64,000 nucleotides of DNA from an uncultured Gemmatimonadales bacterium (GCA_963695555.1 CAVOGR010000012.1:29743-93742); one strand, 5' to 3'. Counted from the stretch's first letter, positions 1 through 10,674 are shown. Translations and numbers: made by a program. Notes: a model not told the origin generated them from the sequence alone.

Positions 1-2
1 CG

Positions 3-1348
3 GGGCTCCTGGCCAAGAAGGCGGTCGCGAGGGGCCTCAAGGCCCGGCCTTGGGTCAAGACCAGCATGGCCCCCGGATCCCGCGTGGTGACCGATTACCT
101 CACCGGCTCGGGGCTGCTGCCGTCCCTGGCCGCGCTCGGGTTCCAAGTCGTGGGGTACGGCTGTACCACGTGCATCGGCAACAGCGGCCCGCTGCCCGAG
201 CCCGTGGCCCGGGCCATCGATGAGCATCACTTGGTTGCGGCCGCGGTCCTGAGCGGCAACCGGAACTTCGAAGCGCGGATCCATCCGCAGGTGCGTGCCA
301 GTTACCTCGCCTCTCCGCTCCTCGTGGTGGCCTTCGCTCTGGTCGGCCGCGTCGACATCGATCTTGTGCACGAGCCGCTCGGAACGGACCCGGATGGCCA
401 GCCGGTCTTCCTGCGCGACATCTGGCCCTCCCAACAGGAAGTCCATGAGGCCATGAGCGGATCGCTCAATCCCGGCCTCTACGTCCATCAGTACAGCCGG
501 GTGTTCGAAGGAGACGACCAATGGGCCGCCCTCGAGGCCCCGCCAGGGAAGCGGTTCGCATGGGACCCCGCCTCCACCTACGTCCGGGAGCCGCCCTTCT
601 TTCAGGATCTTCCCCATGCCCCGCCACCGTTGGCCGACATCGTCGACGCCCGCGTGCTGGTCAGCCTCGGTGACACCGTCACCACGGACCACATCTCGCC
701 GGCTGGGGCGATCCCCAAGGACGGGCCGGCCGCACGCTATCTGCGCGAGCACGGAGTGGAGTCCGTCGATTGGAATACCTTCGGCTCCCGCCGAGGCAAC
801 CACGAAGTGATGATGCGGGGAACGTTTGGGAACGTCCGGATCAAGAACCGTTTGGCCCCGGCAAGGAGGGCAATTGGACGGTCCACTTGCCCAGCGGCGA
901 GGTCGTCTCGATGTACGACGCCGCCATGCGCTACCAGGCCGAAGGAACGCCACTCATCGTGCTGGCGGGGAAGGAATACGGGACCGGGTCGAGTCGCGAC
1001 TGGGCCGCGAAGGGGACGACGCTCCTGGGTGTCAAGGCGGTGCTCGCTGCAAGTTACGAGCGGATCCACCGCAGCAACCTGCTTGGCATGGGGGTGCTGC
1101 CACTCGCCTTCGAGCCCGGCCAGAATGCGGAAGCCCTCAGACTCACGGGCCGCGAGTATTACAGCATCACGGGCATTGCCAACGGGCTCAAACCGGGAGG
1201 TCGGGTTGAGGTGCGTGCCCGGGGCGATACCGGGAAGGAGATCGTGTTCCCGGCTGTCGTACGCCTCAACTCCGACATCGAGATCGACTACTACCGTCAC
1301 GGCGGCATTCTCCAGCGCGTGCTGCGCACCTTTGCCGCGGACACGTAG
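3..1348 (+). CDS. acnA: Aconitate hydratase AcnA, 3' part (runs off the window start; single frameshift near 860)
   Basis: Motifs GYGCTTCIGNSG, VLSGNRNFEARIHP, TTDHISPAG and GSRRGNHEVMMRGTF are in ORF 66..1418. GKEYGTGSSRDWAAKG and ERIHRSNL..MGVLPL continue in ORF 770..1348. Restoring one G at ~860 (CCG GGC AAG GAG GGC) joins them. Confidence 0.95.
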
Positions 1349-1363
1349 CATCCGAACCCAGCA

Positions 1364-1410
1364 GTCGACACAAAGGCCCCTCCGCGATGCGGAGGGGCCT
1401 TTGTGTCGGC
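1364..1410. terminator. Bidirectional intrinsic terminator between convergent acnA and sigma genes
   Basis: 22-bp stem gtcgacacaaaggcccctccgc / gcggaggggcctttgtgtcggc with 3-nt loop. Confidence 0.85.
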
Positions 1411-1429
1411 CTTGGTAAGGCGGCGTCGG

Positions 1430-2323
1430 CTAGGCGACCAGATCCTTCAGTCGGTCGCCCGTTTCTCCTTCGCGGAGCCGGAGCAGCGCACGATCGCGCA
1501 GCTGGCGGATCCGCTCCCGGGTGACACCCATCATCCGGCCGATTTCCTCGAGCGTCCGGCTGTTGCCGTCGTCGAGCCCAAAGTACAGCCGGAGCACCTT
1601 CGCATCGCGCGGCGGCAGTGACGCAAGCGCCTGCTCGATGCCCTCGGTCCGGCTGTTGAGTATGGTGCTCGAATCGGTACCCTCCTGATCGGACCAGGAG
1701 AATCGCTCGATCCGCTCATGGCCATCGCCGTCGCGCGTCGGATGGTCGAGCCGCACCGCCTCGGAATTGAGGGCGCTCAGGCTGCGGACCGCCTCGAGCG
1801 TCAGCCCGGTAGCTCGCGCCAGCTCCTCCACCGTGGGCATCCGGCCCAGGCGCTCCTTGAGCAGGGTCGTGGTGCGGCCCAGGCGGCTGAGGTCGGCCGT
1901 CCGGTTGAGCGGCACCCGAACGGGCCTGCCGTGCCGGGCAATGGCGGCCTGCACGGCTTGGCGAATCCACCAGACCGCATACGAGATGAATTTGACGCCG
2001 CGGTCCGGATCGAACTTCCGGGCAGCCGTCATGAGACCGAGGTTCCCTTCGCCGATCAGATCGACGAGTGGGACACCGCGATTCTGGAATTTCTTAGCGA
2101 CGGATACCACGAACCGCACGTTGTGCCGTGCCAGCCTTTCCTGAGCCGTCACATCGCCCCGGAACGCCTTGCGCGCGAGAGCCATCTCTTCTTCGCGATT
2201 GAGCAGCGGCACCCGGCTGATCTCGTCGAGGTAAAGATCGAGGCTCTCCCGCCCCTCATCGACCGCACGGGCGATTTGAGCCGGCCGAACCTGGCGTCGC
2301 TTTGCTCGCGTCTTTGTTGCCAC
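1430..2323 (-). CDS. RNA polymerase sigma factor, RpoD/SigA family (lacks region 1.1)
   Basis: YLDEISRVPLL (r1.2), DLIGEGNLGL..AARKFDPDRGVKFISYAVWWIRQ (r2), TLEEIG..GVTRERIRQ (r4). GTG start with AAGGAGG RBS. Confidence 0.93.
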   Translation of the reverse strand: MATKTRAKRRQVRPAQIARAVDEGRESLDLYLDEISRVPLLNREEEMALARKAFRGDVTAQERLARHNVRFVVSVAKKFQNRGVPLVDLIGEGNLGLMTAARKFDPDRGVKFISYAVWWIRQAVQAAIARHGRPVRVPLNRTADLSRLGRTTTLLKERLGRMPTVEELARATGLTLEAVRSLSALNSEAVRLDHPTRDGDGHERIERFSWSDQEGTDSSTILNSRTEGIEQALASLPPRDAKVLRLYFGLDDGNSRTLEEIGRMMGVTRERIRQLRDRALLRLREGETGDRLKDLVA

Positions 2324-2452
2324 TCAGCCTCCTTGGGGACTCCCGTCGTCCACACTGTATACCAGCTTACCCTCGAGCGGGTTCCCATATCTGCGTGGGA
2401 ATCGAGAGCTGTTCAAAAAGTAACCGTGCAAGATAACACGTAACTCACCATA

Positions 2453-2465
2453 AATCAATACCTTA
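2453..2465 (+). promoter_or_regulatory. Putative IHF binding site upstream of the sigma gene
   Basis: AATCAATACCTTA matches WATCAANNNNTTR, inside an AT-rich patch of a GC-rich intergenic region. Confidence 0.45.
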
Positions 2466-2669
2466 GCTAACCACTTCTGTACCTAGGGTTTGCACGTTTG
2501 GACCGGTATTGGTGCCATTTCTCTAGATGCACCACTCGGAACAAGCGTCGCGCGAGCAGTGGACGTTCCATGTCGCAACGTTTAATCCATCCGGGCCCGA
2601 CTCCACCGAGGGGACGCGCGGGGCCAGTACCCTTGCACGGCCTAAGTCTGGGCCCGTCACCTCCAAAGC

Positions 2670-2704
2670 GGACGGGGGCGGCACCCCCGGTGCCGCCCCC
2701 GTCC
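2670..2704 (-). terminator. Intrinsic terminator after the pnt operon
   Basis: 16-bp perfect stem ggacgggggcggcacc / ggtgccgcccccgtcc followed by CTTT on the minus strand. Confidence 0.75.
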
Positions 2705-2725
2705 AGAAACCACTGGACCACAGTC

Positions 2726-3373
2726 CTAGAATCCTGGCATGTCCTGAATCGGTCCCGTAATCGCGCTGGTCGCGTCGCTCCCATGACCAGCCAGCTCGAT
2801 TGAGCCGTCCTTGCTGGTGGCCTTGACGAGAAAGAATGACATGTCCTTGCTCAGCCACATGTCGCCGTCGTCACCGCGGTAATGGCGCGCGGTGAAGGTG
2901 CCCGCCGGGACGGTGACGGATTCCTCGCCGAGATCTGCGATCTTCTCACACCCCTCCATCACGTCGGCCATTGGATCCTTCATCTTGTCCCGGAACATGG
3001 ACATCATCCGCTCCGGCATCCGCATGGCGGGCTGGCCGGCCGGCTGCATCACGATCTCCTTGATTTCCCCCATGTTCTCCCATCCCGCCACCAGCATCTT
3101 CATGATGACGTTCCCGTCCTTCTTGTCACCTTTGAGCGCCATCTCCATCCAGTAATATGCCTTCCCGTCCCGCTCTTCCTGCCCCACGATGGCCTGCTTC
3201 ATGGTGCCGTGCGACGTCTGATAGGAGGCCCATGATCCGACCTCCATTCTCCTCCCTTTCGCGCCCTCGACTAGCTCGCAGGCGTTCTGGCCGTACAGCG
3301 GAGCCGCGGCGACCACCAGACCGAGCAGGAGGCCAGGCAGCGACCCACGACTGAGACGAATGACCTTCTCCAT
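2726..3373 (-). CDS. Secreted hypothetical protein (Met-rich, VPAGTF motif)
   Basis: N-terminal signal peptide, GEESVTVPAGTF motif, directly downstream of pntB with a purine-rich RBS. Confidence 0.75.
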   Translation of the reverse strand: MEKVIRLSRGSLPGLLLGLVVAAAPLYGQNACELVEGAKGRRMEVGSWASYQTSHGTMKQAIVGQEERDGKAYYWMEMALKGDKKDGNVIMKMLVAGWENMGEIKEIVMQPAGQPAMRMPERMMSMFRDKMKDPMADVMEGCEKIADLGEESVTVPAGTFTARHYRGDDGDMWLSKDMSFFLVKATSKDGSIELAGHGSDATSAITGPIQDMPGF

Positions 3374-3387
3374 TCCATTCCCCCTTG

Positions 3388-4770
3388 CTACAGAGACTTG
3401 ACCTCATTCACCAGCCCTGTGAGCGAGGCCTTGGCATCGCCGAAGAGCATGGAGTTACGAGGGTGGAAAAATAGCTCATTTTGGATGCCGGCAAACCCGG
3501 GATTCATGGAGCGCTTCATGACGATGATGCTCTGGGCCTCATCGACATTCAGAATCGGCATGCCGTAGATCGGGCTCGTCGGGTCGCTCCGGGCCGCGGG
3601 ATTCACCACGTCATTGGCCCCAATGACCAAAGCCACGTCCGCCCGCTGGAATTCGTCGTTGATCTGGTCCATGTCGTACAGCTTGTCGTACGGCACGTTG
3701 GCCTCGGCCAACAGCACGTTCATATGGCCCGGCATCCGTCCGGCAACCGGGTGAATGGCGTACTTGACCTCGCCACCCCTCTTCTCAATCAGGTCGGCCA
3801 ACTCCCGCACCTGGTGCTGAGCCTGGGCCACGGCCAAACCGTAGCCCGGCACCACGATGACCAACCGGGCATAGGCCAGCTGGAGGGCCGCGTCCTCCAC
3901 GGAGAGCGACCGCACGGTGCGCTCCTCGGCGCCTTTGCCCGGCCCCAGCGCCGTGACGGACCCAAACGCGCTGAAAAGCACGTTGCCGAGCGACCGGTTC
4001 ATGGCCTTGCACATGATGGTCGTGAGGATGATACCGGACGAGCCCACCAACGCGCCGGCAATGATCAAGACGCTGTTGTTGATCACGAACCCGGTCATCG
4101 CCGCCGCCAATCCCGAATACGAATTCAGGAGGGCGATGACCACCGGCATGTCCGCACCGCCGATGGGAATGACGAAGAGCACACCCAACACGAGCGAAAT
4201 GGTGATGACGATGTAGAAGCTCTGGAGTTGCTGCCCGGGCGTCACGACTTGATACACCGCGAGGCCGAGAATGCCGAGCAGTAGAATGGAGCTAACGATC
4301 TTCTGCAAGGGATAGGTGATGGGCTTCCCGGTCATCACTTCCTGCAGCTTAGCCCAGGCGATGACGCTGCCGGTGAAGGTCACGGCCCCGATCAGAAGAC
4401 TCAACTGAATGGTGATGTCGGTGTCGACCGGGAGCGTTTCCACCTTCAGGAACTCCGCACCACCCACGAGGAGCGACGCCGCGCCACCGAATCCGTTTAG
4501 GAGCGCCACCATCTGAGGCATGGCGGTCATCTTGACCGTACGGGCCATCCACAGGCCGGCCGCGGAGCCCACGAAAATACCCGCGATGATGACCTGGTAC
4601 GACAGAATGTCGCGGTTGAAGAGGGTGACCGCGATGGCCACCAGCATGCCCAGGGCGGAGAGTTGGTTGCCGCGCGGGGCCGTATCGGGATGGCCCAGCT
4701 TCTTGAGCCCGATGATGAAGAGGCTGGCGGATACCAGGTAGATCAGAGCGGTCAAGCCGGAGGGTATCAT
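3388..4770 (-). CDS. pntB: NAD(P) transhydrogenase subunit beta
   Basis: MTAMPQMVALLNGFGG, GGADMPVVIALLNSYSG, VPGYGLAVAQAQ, HPVAGRMPGHMNVLLAEA. ATG at 4770 overlaps the upstream stop. Confidence 0.97.
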   Translation of the reverse strand: MIPSGLTALIYLVSASLFIIGLKKLGHPDTAPRGNQLSALGMLVAIAVTLFNRDILSYQVIIAGIFVGSAAGLWMARTVKMTAMPQMVALLNGFGGAASLLVGGAEFLKVETLPVDTDITIQLSLLIGAVTFTGSVIAWAKLQEVMTGKPITYPLQKIVSSILLLGILGLAVYQVVTPGQQLQSFYIVITISLVLGVLFVIPIGGADMPVVIALLNSYSGLAAAMTGFVINNSVLIIAGALVGSSGIILTTIMCKAMNRSLGNVLFSAFGSVTALGPGKGAEERTVRSLSVEDAALQLAYARLVIVVPGYGLAVAQAQHQVRELADLIEKRGGEVKYAIHPVAGRMPGHMNVLLAEANVPYDKLYDMDQINDEFQRADVALVIGANDVVNPAARSDPTSPIYGMPILNVDEAQSIIVMKRSMNPGFAGIQNELFFHPRNSMLFGDAKASLTGLVNEVKSL

Positions 4771-5060
4771 TTCTCCTCCGGCTTCTTCTTGAACATGTGG
4801 AGCATGCGGTCCGTCACCATATACCCGCCGACCACGTTCATCATGGCCAGCACGACGGCGCCGAAGCCGAAGACCATCGAGACCCACCCGTGGCCTCCTC
4901 CCGCGACGATCAGCGCGCCGACGATGGTGATGCCACTGATCGCATTCGACCCGGACATGAGCGGGGTGTGCAGCGTGGGCGGTACCCGATGGATGAGCTC
5001 GAAGCCCAGGAACGTTGCCAGCGTGAAGACCACAATGCCCAGGATGATGCCTTCGCTCAT
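4767..5060 (-). CDS. pntA: NAD(P) transhydrogenase subunit alpha, membrane part (alpha2)
   Basis: VPPTLHTPLMSGSNAISGI, NVVGGYMVTDRML. Confidence 0.95.
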   Translation of the reverse strand: MSEGIILGIVVFTLATFLGFELIHRVPPTLHTPLMSGSNAISGITIVGALIVAGGGHGWVSMVFGFGAVVLAMMNVVGGYMVTDRMLHMFKKKPEEK

Positions 5061-6175
5061 GCCGTTCTCCCGAACCGGACTGTGCCGTTATAGGTCACGC
5101 ACATCGGCCCGACGACCGAATCATCGAGATCGATGTGCAGCGCGCCTTCTTTGGTCACCGCGTCGACAAACGTCGACAAGTTCCTGCTGTACATCTGGCT
5201 GGCATGAATCGGCACCGAGGCTGGCAGGTTTGCCGGACCCAGGATGGTGACGCCGTGCCCGGTAACCGTTTCACCTGCACGGGTGAGTTCGCAATTCCCG
5301 CCGGATTCATTGGCCAGGTCGACGATGACGGACCCCGCCTGCATGCTCTTGACCATGGCATCGGTAATGAGCCTCGGCGCTGGCTTGCCCGGGATCTGGG
5401 CCGTGGTGATGATCAGGTCCATGCCGGGCACGTGGTTGCCGATCGCCTCCAGAACCTTCCGCTGCTGCTCCGCGGCCAGCTCCTTCGCATAGCCGCCGCT
5501 GTCTTCGGCCTCCTGGCTTACCGCCTCGGCTTCCACAAAGATGGCGCCGAGGCTCTCCACCTGCTCCTTTACGACGGCCCGGACGTCGAACGCCGAGACC
5601 ACGCCCCCGAGTCGGCGCGCCGTCGCGATGGCCTGAAGACCGGCCACACCAGCGCCGATGATGAAGACCTTGGCCGGCGCAAGCGTCCCCGCCGCTGTCG
5701 TGAGCATGGGCAACAGCTTGCCGAGGTGGGAGGCCCCAAGCAGCACCGCTTTGTACCCGGCGATCGTCGCCTGGGATGACAAGGCGTCCATGGATTGGGC
5801 CTTGGTGATGCGTGGCACCAGCTCCATGGCAAACCCGCCGACCTTACGCTGGGCCATGTGCACGAACAGGTCGCCGGAGGCCGCCGGTTGCATGAACCCG
5901 ACCACGGCGGCGCCGGCCTTGAGCAGGTCGATCTCCTGGAGCGGGGGTGGTTGGACCCGGAGCACCAGGTCGGCCTGGCCGACCGCCGCCTTGAGATCCG
6001 GGGCCACGGTCGCGCCGGCGCCGGTGTACAGATCGTCTCCAAGGCCGGCCTCAGCACCCGCTCCGCGCTGAATGGTCACGTCCAACCCGGCCTTCACCAT
6101 TCGGCGGACCGTGTCGGGCACCAGGGCTACGCGGCGTTCACCCGGGGTGGTTTCCTTCGGGACGGCAATACGCAT
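5057..6175 (-). CDS. pntA: NAD(P) transhydrogenase subunit alpha, NAD-binding part (alpha1)
   Basis: PKETTPGERRVAL, QSMDALSSQ, GAGVAGLQAIATARRLG, GGYAKE. Confidence 0.96.
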   Translation of the reverse strand: MRIAVPKETTPGERRVALVPDTVRRMVKAGLDVTIQRGAGAEAGLGDDLYTGAGATVAPDLKAAVGQADLVLRVQPPPLQEIDLLKAGAAVVGFMQPAASGDLFVHMAQRKVGGFAMELVPRITKAQSMDALSSQATIAGYKAVLLGASHLGKLLPMLTTAAGTLAPAKVFIIGAGVAGLQAIATARRLGGVVSAFDVRAVVKEQVESLGAIFVEAEAVSQEAEDSGGYAKELAAEQQRKVLEAIGNHVPGMDLIITTAQIPGKPAPRLITDAMVKSMQAGSVIVDLANESGGNCELTRAGETVTGHGVTILGPANLPASVPIHASQMYSRNLSTFVDAVTKEGALHIDLDDSVVGPMCVTYNGTVRFGRTA

Positions 6176-6318
6176 ATGGATTTCTCGCGTCGAAAAAGCG
6201 CTGGGGAATCTAGTGGAAATCCAATTTCATGCGAGGGGTCGTTGGCATTCGTTCCAATAGTCTTCAGGAAATATTCACGAACCCCCTGAGCGGGGCGCGA
6301 CGAACCGGCCCCCTCGCC

Positions 6319-7269
6319 TCACCAGCGCCGCCGCACATCCAACCGGGTGAGCCCAATCTGGCGGGCCCAGTCTTGGGCCTCGCGGAACTCGTCCTGGGCG
6401 AGCAGGCGGTTGATTTCGGCATGCTGGTCTGCCTGGACCCGGCCCGCAGGCCGGTACTGGTTCATCAAGTTGAGGTAGCAGTCACCGCCGAGCTCGGAGG
6501 CGATCCAGCTCATGATGGCGCGCGTATCATCGAGGCACCCCGGCATGACCAAGTGCCGGATCAGCACGCCTCGCCTGGCCAATCCGTCGGACCCAATGAC
6601 GAGCGGCCCGACCTGCTGGTACATGGCGCGGATTGCGGCGCGAGCCACGGCCGGATAGTCCTCGGCCATGAGATAGCGCTTGCTCCGCGCCGGGGACCAG
6701 AACTTGAAGTCGGGCATGTAGATGTCCACAATGCCGTCCAAGAGCGCCAGACTCTCCAACGAATCGTAGGCGCTCGTGTTGTAGACGATCGGCAGCTCGA
6801 GGCCGCCATCGACCGCGAGGGAGAGCGCTTCGACGACCTGCGGGACGACGTGTTCGGGCGTTACCAAGTTGATGTTGTGGCACCCTCGGTCCTGAAGCTC
6901 GAGCATCATTTCAGCCAGGCGCTCTGGCGAGGTGCCGGGCGACCTCGCGCCCGGCCGGGCGCCCTGACTGATATCGAAGTTCTGACAGAAGACACACCGC
7001 AGGTTGCAGTGGGAGAAGAATATGGTTCCCGACCCGTTCCATCCTCGGAGGCAGTCCTCTTCTCCGGAATGCGGGAAGGAACTCCCCACCACCGCGTACC
7101 TGCCGGTCTTGCATGCGGACCATTTGTCCTCGAGCCGGTTGACGCCGCAATTGCGGGGGCAGCATCGGCAATCCTCGAGCAAGGCAAGCGCACGGTGGCT
7201 CCGCATCTGGAGTTCCGATGGCGGAAGCCGCTTGTATGCAGGTTCGAACGAGGCTTGGCGGCGAATCAA
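6319..7269 (-). CDS. pflX: PflX-like radical SAM protein
   Basis: CRCCPRNCGVNR, GSGTIFFSHCNLRCVFCQNFDISQ (CxxxCxxC), HNINLVTP, DIYMPDFKF. Confidence 0.88.
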   Translation of the reverse strand: MIRRQASFEPAYKRLPPSELQMRSHRALALLEDCRCCPRNCGVNRLEDKWSACKTGRYAVVGSSFPHSGEEDCLRGWNGSGTIFFSHCNLRCVFCQNFDISQGARPGARSPGTSPERLAEMMLELQDRGCHNINLVTPEHVVPQVVEALSLAVDGGLELPIVYNTSAYDSLESLALLDGIVDIYMPDFKFWSPARSKRYLMAEDYPAVARAAIRAMYQQVGPLVIGSDGLARRGVLIRHLVMPGCLDDTRAIMSWIASELGGDCYLNLMNQYRPAGRVQADQHAEINRLLAQDEFREAQDWARQIGLTRLDVRRRW

Positions 7270-9113
7270 CCGACTACCTCCCCGCGCCCAGGCAATGCGA
7301 CGCCGATCAACCCACCCGATAGACGCCTCAGCAACTCTTCGAGACGTTGCTTTTCCTGATCGAGCCTGCTCTGCCCTGCCTGCAGTTGCGTGTCCACCGA
7401 GTCCTTGAGTGCCAAGACGCGGCGTTTGATCGGGGTCACGTGGAGAGCCACCACGCTGTCCACCATCGCACGGGCCCGTGCTTCCGCCTTCGCTACCTCT
7501 TCTCCGGCGACTGCCCGAAGCCGGCGCTCAATGGCTGGGCCGATGTTCGATGACACCTCGATGTGCGGCTGACGGATGGTGCCGGTCAGCTGAGCCGAAA
7601 TCGAGAGGGACGGCACCCCACTCAGCACCCGCCAAAGCAGTGTCTCGACCCCCGGCGGGATCGCCGAAGCTCGGTCGTGCCGCGACCATTCGACTCGATC
7701 CGATTGGAGGGTCCATCGAGCGAGGATGCTGTCGCCGGCAAGTTGGACCAGGAGCCGGGAATTGCCGAGACCCGGATCGACCCGAAACGGCAGCGGGCCC
7801 AAGTCGAACGCGGGCAGTCGCAGGCCCGTGACCGAAGCCTGAAGGGAATCCCGCGGGTTGAGACCGGTGTGGTCGATCACGGCGTCGACGTTCACCCTCC
7901 GAGGACCAGCATCCTGGGCAGTCCGCTCGGCAGACACGCGGGTCGGCCGGCCCAAAATGGCAGGCGCCGAGGTGAGGTCCGAGATCCGGACTGAATACCG
8001 CGCCTCGCTGGCTCCGCCGGATCCCAGGACGAAATTCGCATCGCCCCGTTCGATCCAAAATTTCGGATACTCTTTCATGCGCGGGAAGTCGAACGTGGTC
8101 CCGGCACGGCGGACCCGAAAAGGTCCCGGCCGTTCTCGCGGAAGCAGTCCCGGCGGCAAGTAGCGCTTCACCAACTCGGCCCAATAGGCAGCCTGCTGCA
8201 GTCGGTCGATGCTGACCTGCCCGAACAGCGCACGGCTCACCTGTGGAGCCGAGAAATTAGGAACCTTGAGCAGGCCCCGGGCGGTGGCGTAGTCCAGTTG
8301 CGTCGCCGCATCTACCTGGCCCAAGCCGCGCTCCAGATTGGTGACACCCTGTGTGGCTCCAACCTGGAGTTGCTCCAGCCGCCGCCGTGCCGCCGCCAGA
8401 CTGTCCATCGCTCGCCTCAGGTCGGAAACGGCCCGCCGGGTGCCGTCGAGCCCGAGCGTCAGCGGATTGGCGCCGGCCAGCCGACGCGCGACGGAAGCCG
8501 CGGTGTCGAGCACCGGCGCCAGGGCGAGCCCGGCAACTCCGGCCTGGAAGGCGGTGCGCGCGGAATCGACCTGACCCGCAAGGCGCGTGGCTGCTTGCAC
8601 CGTCGCGAGAGACCCCGGATCGAGGATGATGCTTCGAATCGTGTCGATCGGCAGCAAGTTCTGGAGCGAGGCTTGGACATCGAGCGGCCACGACCGGATC
8701 GTCTGGAGGGTCTTGGCGGCAAAGCCATCGGGCGGGGCGGCAGCCGCAGGGCGCCGTCGTGCAGTGCCGAAGGTGAGGTCTTGAAGGCTGATGCGGCTCA
8801 CCACCAGCTTCTTCTCGAGCAGGGGAACTGGCTCGATGTCGACCGTCACCAGAGCTGCTTCGAGCAGGTTGCGATTCCGATCGAACGGATCGGCAACTTC
8901 GAGTCTCTCCATCCTGACCGAGGCATCGCGCTCGTTGATGGTCAGGCTCCCGACATCGACTTGGGTACCCAGCAGTTCGGTCGAGGCTTCCTCGGTTGTG
9001 GTTTCGGCTATCCGATCGGAGAAGACCCAGTACAGCACCCCGAGCAAGACCAACACGAGGAGCAGCGGCCCGACGGCCCGCCAGCGGAATATCTTGATCT
9101 TCCGCACGCTCAA
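7266..9113 (-). CDS. TIGR03545-family membrane-anchored protein
   Basis: N-terminal FRW-TM segment, long AsmA-like periplasmic part, paired with a TIGR03546 gene. Start is TTG 9113 or GTG 9107. Confidence 0.75.
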   Translation of the reverse strand: MSVRKIKIFRWRAVGPLLLVLVLLGVLYWVFSDRIAETTTEEASTELLGTQVDVGSLTINERDASVRMERLEVADPFDRNRNLLEAALVTVDIEPVPLLEKKLVVSRISLQDLTFGTARRRPAAAAPPDGFAAKTLQTIRSWPLDVQASLQNLLPIDTIRSIILDPGSLATVQAATRLAGQVDSARTAFQAGVAGLALAPVLDTAASVARRLAGANPLTLGLDGTRRAVSDLRRAMDSLAAARRRLEQLQVGATQGVTNLERGLGQVDAATQLDYATARGLLKVPNFSAPQVSRALFGQVSIDRLQQAAYWAELVKRYLPPGLLPRERPGPFRVRRAGTTFDFPRMKEYPKFWIERGDANFVLGSGGASEARYSVRISDLTSAPAILGRPTRVSAERTAQDAGPRRVNVDAVIDHTGLNPRDSLQASVTGLRLPAFDLGPLPFRVDPGLGNSRLLVQLAGDSILARWTLQSDRVEWSRHDRASAIPPGVETLLWRVLSGVPSLSISAQLTGTIRQPHIEVSSNIGPAIERRLRAVAGEEVAKAEARARAMVDSVVALHVTPIKRRVLALKDSVDTQLQAGQSRLDQEKQRLEELLRRLSGGLIGVALPGRGEVVG

Positions 9114-9631
9114 TCCGGCCGAAACAGGCGGTACAGGTTGTATACCTTGGATGCCTTCACCGCCTTGTAAATCCGAAGCTGGCTGACCCGCGCGCCGATG
9201 GTTGCCCGATACCGGGCAATGCCGAACCGCGCGAGGAAGAAGATCGGTACGCTGAGGAGCACCCAGATGATGATGCTCCCCAAGACGACCGAATTGTTGA
9301 ACTCCGTCAGTGGGACGACCGGAATGTTGTACCACGCCGTCCAGGCCGAGCGGAGGGCGGGGGCTTCAAGTACGGCCCGTCCGATCGAGTCCGAGGCCGG
9401 GTCCAGCAGGAAGCCGATCGGCGTGAACAGCACCCAACCAAGCATCCCACCGGCAAATGACACATTGAGCAGCACAATCGCCGCGAAAACGACCAGGTTG
9501 TGGAGCGACATGAGCGGGGTCAGCCCCAGACAGGCACCGAGCGCAACCCCCAGCGCCACCTGCCCGGGTGTGCCCTCCGAATGCAGGGACTTGACCAGCG
9601 ATTGGATGAACTTGATGAGTAGTGTGAGCAT
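9110..9631 (-). CDS. TIGR03546-family membrane protein
   Basis: LHSEGTPGQVALGVALG..LGLTP, FNNSVVLGS. Confidence 0.82.
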   Translation of the reverse strand: MLTLLIKFIQSLVKSLHSEGTPGQVALGVALGACLGLTPLMSLHNLVVFAAIVLLNVSFAGGMLGWVLFTPIGFLLDPASDSIGRAVLEAPALRSAWTAWYNIPVVPLTEFNNSVVLGSIIIWVLLSVPIFFLARFGIARYRATIGARVSQLRIYKAVKASKVYNLYRLFRPD

Positions 9632-9735
9632 CGATCTGCGAGCGACGGAGCGTGACCCGAAAGGTAGTGTATCGGCACGCGGCCTGCCGAAGTCCAGTGG
9701 ACTTTGATTCGACAGACCGATATCCTCGATCCAGA

Positions 9736-10674
9736 ATGCCCCACCCACCCGTGGTGACCGCCCATGCTCCGGGCTCGATCGGCAATGTCGGGCCGGGCCT
9801 CGACATCCTCGGCATGGCCGTGGCCGGCGCCGGCGATACCGTGACGGCGCGCCGCACGGACTCGGCACGGATCACGGTTCAGGATCCGGGGCACCCCGAT
9901 CTCCCGACCGACCCCGAGCGCCACACCGCGGCTCTCGCCGCTCGCGAAGTGTTGCGGCAAGCCGGTGCCGGCGGGGGGCTGGAACTCCGGGTCCACAAGG
10001 GATTGCCGCTCGCCGGTGGTCAGGGGGGCAGCGCCGCTTCCGCCGTGGCCGGCGCCGTGGCCGTCAACAGGCTGCTCGGTCAGCCCCTGTCCACCAGCGA
10101 ACTCATCGAGGCGTGCTTGATCGCCGAGACTGTCGTGGCCGGCCGGCACGCGGATAACATCGCGCCGTCGCTCTTGGGCGGGCTGGTGCTGGTCCGCTCA
10201 CTCGAGCCGGTCGAGGTTGTCTCGATCCCCGTCCCCAGCAATCTCTGGATCGTGCTGGCCCACCCCGAGCAAGTGCTTCGAACGGCAGAAGGAAGAGCCC
10301 GGCTCCCGAAGCAGATTCCATGTGATCTGGCACTGAGACAGGCGGCCCAGGTGGCCGCCCTGGTCGTGGCGTGCGCGAACGACGATCTCCAGCTCTTGGG
10401 ACGCGCCCTGGTCGATGAGATCGCCGAGCCGGCGCGCGCGCCGTTGCTCCCAGGATTTGTCGAGGCCAAGGCCGCGGCATTGGCTGCAGGAGCCATCGGC
10501 TGCTCGATCTCGGGCAGCGGCCCGACCTCATTTGCCTTTGCGGCCACGAAGGCAGTGGCGGAACGAGTCGCCGCGGCCATGCAGACCGCGTATCTGACCC
10601 GCGGCATTCCCTGCCGGGCCCGAGTCACCCAGCCTGACACTCGGGGTGCTCATGTGCTCCACCCTGAGCCATGA
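9736..10674 (+). CDS. thrB: Homoserine kinase
   Basis: APGSIGNVGPGLDILG, GLPLAGGQGGSAAS (GHMP loop), HADNIAPSLLGG, ISGSGPT; upstream of thrC. Confidence 0.93.
   Translation: MPHPPVVTAHAPGSIGNVGPGLDILGMAVAGAGDTVTARRTDSARITVQDPGHPDLPTDPERHTAALAAREVLRQAGAGGGLELRVHKGLPLAGGQGGSAASAVAGAVAVNRLLGQPLSTSELIEACLIAETVVAGRHADNIAPSLLGGLVLVRSLEPVEVVSIPVPSNLWIVLAHPEQVLRTAEGRARLPKQIPCDLALRQAAQVAALVVACANDDLQLLGRALVDEIAEPARAPLLPGFVEAKAAALAAGAIGCSISGSGPTSFAFAATKAVAERVAAAMQTAYLTRGIPCRARVTQPDTRGAHVLHPEP

Noticed and set aside
850..870. Programmed frameshift or pseudogene in acnA
   Set aside because: A single missing G in a short C/G run, with both halves otherwise intact and no slippery heptamer. Most simply a sequencing indel.
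6264..6282. Rex box upstream of pntAB (TTCGTGAA-TAT-TTCCTGAA)
   Set aside because: One half resembles TTGTGAA, but the spacing is one base short and the other half is poor.
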